Shown here one piece after another: positions 23,119-27,004 of a stretch of DNA of 27,004 nucleotides. Both the position numbers and the translations under genes were made by a program. The DNA comes from Candidatus Eiseniibacteriota bacterium (lineage in GTDB: Bacteria; Eisenbacteria; RBG-16-71-46). Numbering within the stretch: position 1 is the stretch's first letter; each line of letters starts with the position of its first letter. Under the pieces are notes generated by a model. It was not told the DNA's origin and ran no database searches. It worked only from the letters and a program-made list of their open reading frames with translations. The stretch covers positions 1 through 27,004 of the forward strand of contig JBGAML010000028.1 in NCBI GenBank assembly GCA_044223005.1, read 5' to 3'.

Positions 23119-23727
23119 CTACTGCACGACGAACTGCGGGAGGTAGACCTTGAGGTCCGCGTCCTCGGCTTCGTCGCCGAGCACGGGCGTGATCACGTGC
23201 AGCAGGCTCGTGCGGATGCTGTCGCGCGCGGCCTGGTCCGTGAGCCGGTCCAGGGTCTGCTGCGACAGCAGGGTCACGACGCGGTCGCGCAGCTCGATCT
23301 CGTGCTCGCGCAGGGTGTCGAGCGCCTTGGAGTCCTCGGACTCGATCGCGACCGAGCACATGAGGAAGCGCTGCCCCTGGGAACCCGCCGGGTTCACGAT
23401 GATGTTGTCGAGCTTGTAGACGGGCGACTTGCCGGCCTCGCCGTGCTTTTCCTTGCCGCCCTTCTCCTTATCGTCCTTCTTGTGCTTCTTGCCTTTGCCG
23501 TGCTCGGGCTGCATCGCGGCCTTGACCGCGGCGGTGTGCCGCGCGGCGTTGACACGCGGCGCCACGAGGAACGTGCCGAGCGCGGCGCCCGCGACGAGCG
23601 CGCCGGCGATCACGCCGATCAGCACGAACGGCGGCCCACCCTTGGCGGGGGCCTTGGCTGCGGCGGCGTCGTCGCCTGCCGGCTTCGCGTCCTTCGCGTC
23701 CTTCTCGTCCTTCTTCTCTTCGCTCAT
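23119..23727 (-). CDS. fliL: Flagellar basal body-associated protein FliL (202 aa)
   Basis: Charged N-terminus, single TM, LDNIIVNPAGSQGQRFL, LRD.V...LS, VYLPQFVVQ. Confidence 0.93.
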   Translation of the reverse strand: MSEEKKDEKDAKDAKPAGDDAAAAKAPAKGGPPFVLIGVIAGALVAGAALGTFLVAPRVNAARHTAAVKAAMQPEHGKGKKHKKDDKEKGGKEKHGEAGKSPVYKLDNIIVNPAGSQGQRFLMCSVAIESEDSKALDTLREHEIELRDRVVTLLSQQTLDRLTDQAARDSIRTSLLHVITPVLGDEAEDADLKVYLPQFVVQ

Positions 23728-23782
23728 GTGCGCCTGCCGGTGTGGAGGGTCGGTGGTCTTCCGGAAGAACCGCCCTGCAGAC

Positions 23783-23798
23783 CGCAATGCGCGTGCCA
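23783..23798 (-). promoter_or_regulatory. sigma54 promoter of the fliL operon
   Basis: Minus strand TGGCACGCGCATTGCG, a near-perfect -24/-12 consensus, about 55 nt upstream of the fliL ATG. Confidence 0.88.
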
Positions 23799-23925
23799 CG
23801 GCGCACGCTCGCGCGGCCGCGCGACGCGGCGCGGCGAAATGGCGGAAACCGCGAACGTTGCGAATCGGGGGCGCGGATGACTCGCGCGCGGCCGCACGTG
23901 CGGGGCCGGAGGAGCGGGCGCACGG

Positions 23926-23961
23926 CGGCGAAGCCTGCCGGTCACGCGGCAGGGATTTCCG
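23926..23961. promoter_or_regulatory. Tandem dyad boxes, putative enhancer for a sigma54 activator
   Basis: CGGCG-aagcc-TGCCG (23926-23940) and CGGCA-gggat-TTCCG (23947-23961), 21 bp period, about 130-165 bp upstream of the sigma54 site. Confidence 0.6.
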
Positions 23962-23989
23962 GTCGCGGGTGCGGCCGGGACGCGGCACG

Positions 23990-24027
23990 GAACGGCGGCG
24001 GGGCGCGCCCGAAGGCGCCCCCGCCGC
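23990..24027 (-). terminator. Terminator-like hairpin after flgE
   Basis: Minus strand GCGGCGGGGGCGCC-TTCG-GGCGCGCCCCGCCGC, a GC stem with a cUUCGg loop, just after the flgE stop; weak U-tract. Confidence 0.6.
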
Positions 24028-24043
24028 GTCCGTCCGGGAAGGA

Positions 24044-25297
24044 TCAGCGCTTGAGGTTCACCAGCTCCTGCAGCATCTCGTCCGAGGTCGTGATGACCTT
24101 GGCGTTCGCCTGGAAGCCGCGCTGCGCGACGATCATGTTCGTGAACTCCTGCGAGATGTCCACGTTCGAGCCTTCGAGAGCGCCCGGCGTGATCGCCGAC
24201 GAGATCGTGCCGCCCGCGAAGCCGACGACCGGGCCGCCCGAGTTGGCCGATTCCAGGTACGTGTTGTCGCCCGACCGCAGCAGGCCCGACGGGTTCGTGA
24301 ACTGCGCCAGCGCGACCTGGGCGAGGCTGCGCGTGACGCCGTTGGTGAAGTAGCCCGAGATCACGCCCTTGCCGTCCACGCTGATGCTCTGCAGGCTGCC
24401 GGCCTGGTAGCCGTTCTGGCTGCTGATGACGGCGTTCGACGGATTCGAGAAGCTCGCCAGGCCGTCGATGCCGTTGATCGCGCCCGGGTTGATGGCGACG
24501 GTGAACGCCGCGCCGCCGGTGGTCGGCGTGAGCGTGATGCCGGTCCCGCCGCCCGGGTAGGTGAACGACGACAGGCTGCCCGTGTTGCTGAACGCGATCG
24601 TGCCGTTGCCTGCCGGCGTCACCGTCGCGGTGGCACACGTCGCCGCCCAGTCCCACGTGCCCGTGGCCGTCTTGGTGAACGTGATCTGCAGGTTGTGCGG
24701 CGAGCCCGTGCTGTCGTAGACCGTGATGCCCATCTGGTGCGTCGCTCCGATCGCGGCGTTGGCGTCGAGGTTGCCCGACAGGCTCACGGCGTCGGTCGCC
24801 TTGGCGGGCGCCTTGTCGCCGAGCCGCAGCTGGATCGGCCCGATCGCGGCGGCGGTCGAGAAGTTGCCCAGCGCGTCGGCGTTGATGCCCTGCACCACGA
24901 AGCCCGAGCTCGGGGCGATCAGGTGGCCCTGTGCGTCGAGCTGGAAGTTGCCGGCACGCGTGTAGACCTGGCGCGGGCCGTCGCTCAGCGTGAACAGCGC
25001 GTCGCCCTGGATCGCCAGGTCGAGCGGCTGCCCGGTGGTTTCGAGGCTGCCCTGGGTGAAGAGCTGGTCGATGCTGGCCACGTTCATGCCCGTGCCGATC
25101 TGGATCGGGTTGATACCGCCCGTGTTTCCCGGAGGACGCGACGCGCCCTGCAGGAGCTGCACGAACGCTTCCTTGAACGTGACGCGGGAAGACTTGAAGG
25201 CCGTGGTGTTGACGTTCGCGATGTTGTTGCCGATCACGTCCATCTTCGTCTGGTGGTTGCGCAGGCCGGACACGCCGGCGAAGAGCGCTCGCATCAT
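24044..25297 (-). CDS. flgE: Flagellar hook protein FlgE (417 aa)
   Basis: MMRALFAGVSGLRNHQTKMDVIGNNIANVNT..FK, FTQGSLETTG..LDLAIQG, YTRAGNF, GNLDA, LEGSNVDISQEFTNMIVAQRGFQANAK. Confidence 0.97.
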   Translation of the reverse strand: MMRALFAGVSGLRNHQTKMDVIGNNIANVNTTAFKSSRVTFKEAFVQLLQGASRPPGNTGGINPIQIGTGMNVASIDQLFTQGSLETTGQPLDLAIQGDALFTLSDGPRQVYTRAGNFQLDAQGHLIAPSSGFVVQGINADALGNFSTAAAIGPIQLRLGDKAPAKATDAVSLSGNLDANAAIGATHQMGITVYDSTGSPHNLQITFTKTATGTWDWAATCATATVTPAGNGTIAFSNTGSLSSFTYPGGGTGITLTPTTGGAAFTVAINPGAINGIDGLASFSNPSNAVISSQNGYQAGSLQSISVDGKGVISGYFTNGVTRSLAQVALAQFTNPSGLLRSGDNTYLESANSGGPVVGFAGGTISSAITPGALEGSNVDISQEFTNMIVAQRGFQANAKVITTSDEMLQELVNLKR

Positions 25298-25344
25298 GGC
25301 GGAGTTTTCCTTCCGTTCGTTGGGAGTGGTCGTCGCTTCGTCGT

Positions 25345-26178
25345 TCAGAACAGTCGAGTGCCGATGCCCGCGAGCGCATCGAGGATGCGGTGCGGGTTCG
25401 GCAACGGATCGTCTTCGGAGGCCCCGGGGGGCAGGTTCGGCGTCTGCAGCGGCGTCGCTTCCTTGCTCCCGGAGGTGTCGCCGGTCGTCTCGGTCGAGGC
25501 GGACCCGGACGTGGGCGCGGGTTCGACGCGGATCAAGTCGGTGAGCGCGATCTCGAGCGAGCCGGCCTGCAGCATGATGCCGCCGCTCTTGAACTCCACC
25601 GCCGTCACCACGCCCGTGGAATAGGTGGTCACCGTGCCGACGCTGGTGCCCGGCCCCTTCACGTCGATCGAGTAGTGCCAGCGGCCCGGTGGCAGGTCGG
25701 ACGGCAGCGCGATCGTCTGGTGCGATCCCATGGCGACCTGCCCGAGCTTGCGGGTGCAGATCACGGCGCCGGAATCGTTCTTGAGCGTGAGCGTGGCCGC
25801 GCCGCCGGTATTGGCGACGTCGACGAGCACGCTCGCCCGCCCGCTGGAAGGCACCACGACCTGGTCGCCCGCCGCCTCGATCTGCCGGCCGATGAGCGAC
25901 GCGGAGAGCGACGACTGCGCGCTCAGCGTGGCCATCTGGCTCGCCTCGGTCTGGGCCGCCATCGCGGTGTTGAGCTGCGTGAGCTGCTCCACGCTGGTGA
26001 ACTGCGCGAGCTGCGCCGCCATTTCGTGCGGCTGGAGCGGGTTGAGCGGATCCTGGTGGCGCAGCTGCGCCACCAGCAGGGTCATGAACGCGTCCTTGTC
26101 CAGCGACTTCTTCTGCGTCGTTCCGTTCGACGCGGAGGAACTGGTGAAGTACTGCGGCGACGTCGTGGGCGAGATCAT
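25345..26178 (-). CDS. flgD: Flagellar hook capping protein FlgD
   Basis: LDKDAFMTLLVAQLRHQDPLNP...AQLAQFTSVEQL, SLIGR, then an Ig-like region. Confidence 0.95.
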   Translation of the reverse strand: MISPTTSPQYFTSSSASNGTTQKKSLDKDAFMTLLVAQLRHQDPLNPLQPHEMAAQLAQFTSVEQLTQLNTAMAAQTEASQMATLSAQSSLSASLIGRQIEAAGDQVVVPSSGRASVLVDVANTGGAATLTLKNDSGAVICTRKLGQVAMGSHQTIALPSDLPPGRWHYSIDVKGPGTSVGTVTTYSTGVVTAVEFKSGGIMLQAGSLEIALTDLIRVEPAPTSGSASTETTGDTSGSKEATPLQTPNLPPGASEDDPLPNPHRILDALAGIGTRLF

Positions 26179-27004
26179 TCGGACCGCCTTTCGTCTCGCG
26201 GCGCGTTCCGGCTCCGGCCGGAGCCGTTGTCCTGCTTCGCTTCGCGTCCCTGCCCCTGTCGTCGCGACGGCTCTCCCTGGCGTCGCTCCTCTCCGGTGCG
26301 CGAATCCGAGCGCGTCTCCGCGGCCGAGGCCGCGGCCATCGCGCGCGTGTCGTGCACCGCAACGTGCGTCTCCCGGAATCCCTGCTCGGCGAGCGCCTTG
26401 CGCAGCGTGCCGAGTCCGTCGCCGACGCGTTCGAGCGTCGCGGCGTCGGACGTCAGGAACGCGGCCCGGATCGTGTCGCCCCGCACCGCGATGCGCAGCC
26501 GGCCCTCGAGGCCGTCCTCGCCGTGGAACTGGAGCGTCACCTGGTCCGCGGCGCGGCGCATCGGCTCGAGCCTCGGGTCCTGCACCTCGAGCAGCGGAGC
26601 CGCCGTGGTGGCCGCGCGCGGCGCCGTCGCGGTGCCGCTCGCCGGCCGCGGGGTCACGGGCGTGGCGGACGCGGTCTCGGTCGGCGTCGTGGAGGCTTCG
26701 TCGACCGCACGTGCGGCCGTGCGCGAGTCCTCGCGCGAACGGCGTTCGCCGTCGCGTTCGCCGGGCGTGGAGCCATCGCGGGCGTTCGCGTGTGCGGCCG
26801 GAGCCGGCGTGGCGACGGGACGCGGCGCGGCAGCCGGAGCCGCGGGCTCCGCGGGCGCGAGTTCGCGCGCCGCGGCCCGCACGGGCGCGGCGTCGGCCGA
26901 GTGCACCGCGTTCCGCGCGGTGTCGCGGGCGCCGGCGGCCGCATCGGCGGCGGGCGCCGCGGCGGCCTCGAGCGGCGCGACGGCCGGGGCGGCCGGAGCG
27001 TCGG
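26175..27004 (-). CDS. fliK: Hook-length control protein FliK-like (5' end outside window)
   Basis: The frame stays open from the window edge; Ala/Pro/Thr-rich region, then a T3S4-like domain (VTLQF...GRLRIAVRGDTIRAAF...LRKALAEQGF), then a charged tail; stop overlaps the flgD ATG. Confidence 0.75.
   Translation of the reverse strand, partial: DAPAAPAVAPLEAAAAPAADAAAGARDTARNAVHSADAAPVRAAARELAPAEPAAPAAAPRPVATPAPAAHANARDGSTPGERDGERRSREDSRTAARAVDEASTTPTETASATPVTPRPASGTATAPRAATTAAPLLEVQDPRLEPMRRAADQVTLQFHGEDGLEGRLRIAVRGDTIRAAFLTSDAATLERVGDGLGTLRKALAEQGFRETHVAVHDTRAMAAASAAETRSDSRTGEERRQGEPSRRQGQGREAKQDNGSGRSRNAPRDERRSE

Noticed and set aside
23430..23510. Lys/His/Glu-rich insert in FliL
   Set aside because: Charged low-complexity linkers after the TM are common in FliL; the local AT shift is explained by Lys/Glu codons, not foreign DNA.
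23935..23990. GGTCACGC..CAGGG resembling the start of a c-di-GMP-I riboswitch
   Set aside because: It is on the wrong strand for fliL and lacks the GGCAAA, GNRA tetraloop and GACGCAAA elements; the enhancer boxes explain the region better.
1..27004. CRISPR arrays, tRNA/rRNA, IS elements, prophage genes
   Set aside because: No regularly spaced repeats, structural RNA signatures, transposase or integrase motifs were seen; nearly all the sequence is accounted for by motility genes.

Overview
This window is a very GC-rich (roughly 70% by eye) bacterial flagellar and chemotaxis locus. Most of it (6667-27004, minus strand) is a tightly coupled flagellar cluster: partial fliK, flgD, flgE | fliL, fliM, fliN, a fused fliO-fliP, fliQ, fliR, flhB, flhA, flhF, flhG, fliA, a membrane/HTH-like ORF | flgF, flgG, flgA, flgH, flgI, flgJ (rod-binding only), flgN, flgK. 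Near-consensus sigma54 promoters precede fliL and flgF, and each has a tandem pair of CGGCR-N5-TKCCG boxes upstream. A convergent plus-strand block (1187-6642) carries a small coiled-coil protein, an EAL-HDOD phosphodiesterase, motA, motB, a degenerate REC/HD-GYP protein overlapping motB, and a sensorless histidine-kinase-like protein; three sigma28-like promoters lie in this block. A cheR with a C-terminal extension runs off the left edge. The most notable points are a candidate c-di-GMP stator-control module, a FliO-FliP fusion with an internal signal peptide, a FliM with a duplicated N-terminal CheY-binding motif, an FlhG lacking the catalytic Asp, an FlgH with no lipobox, and flgM/flgL missing from their usual positions. 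The L/P-ring genes imply a diderm. A Gemmatimonadota/Eisenbacteria-like lineage is only a guess. No RNA genes, CRISPR arrays or mobile elements were seen.
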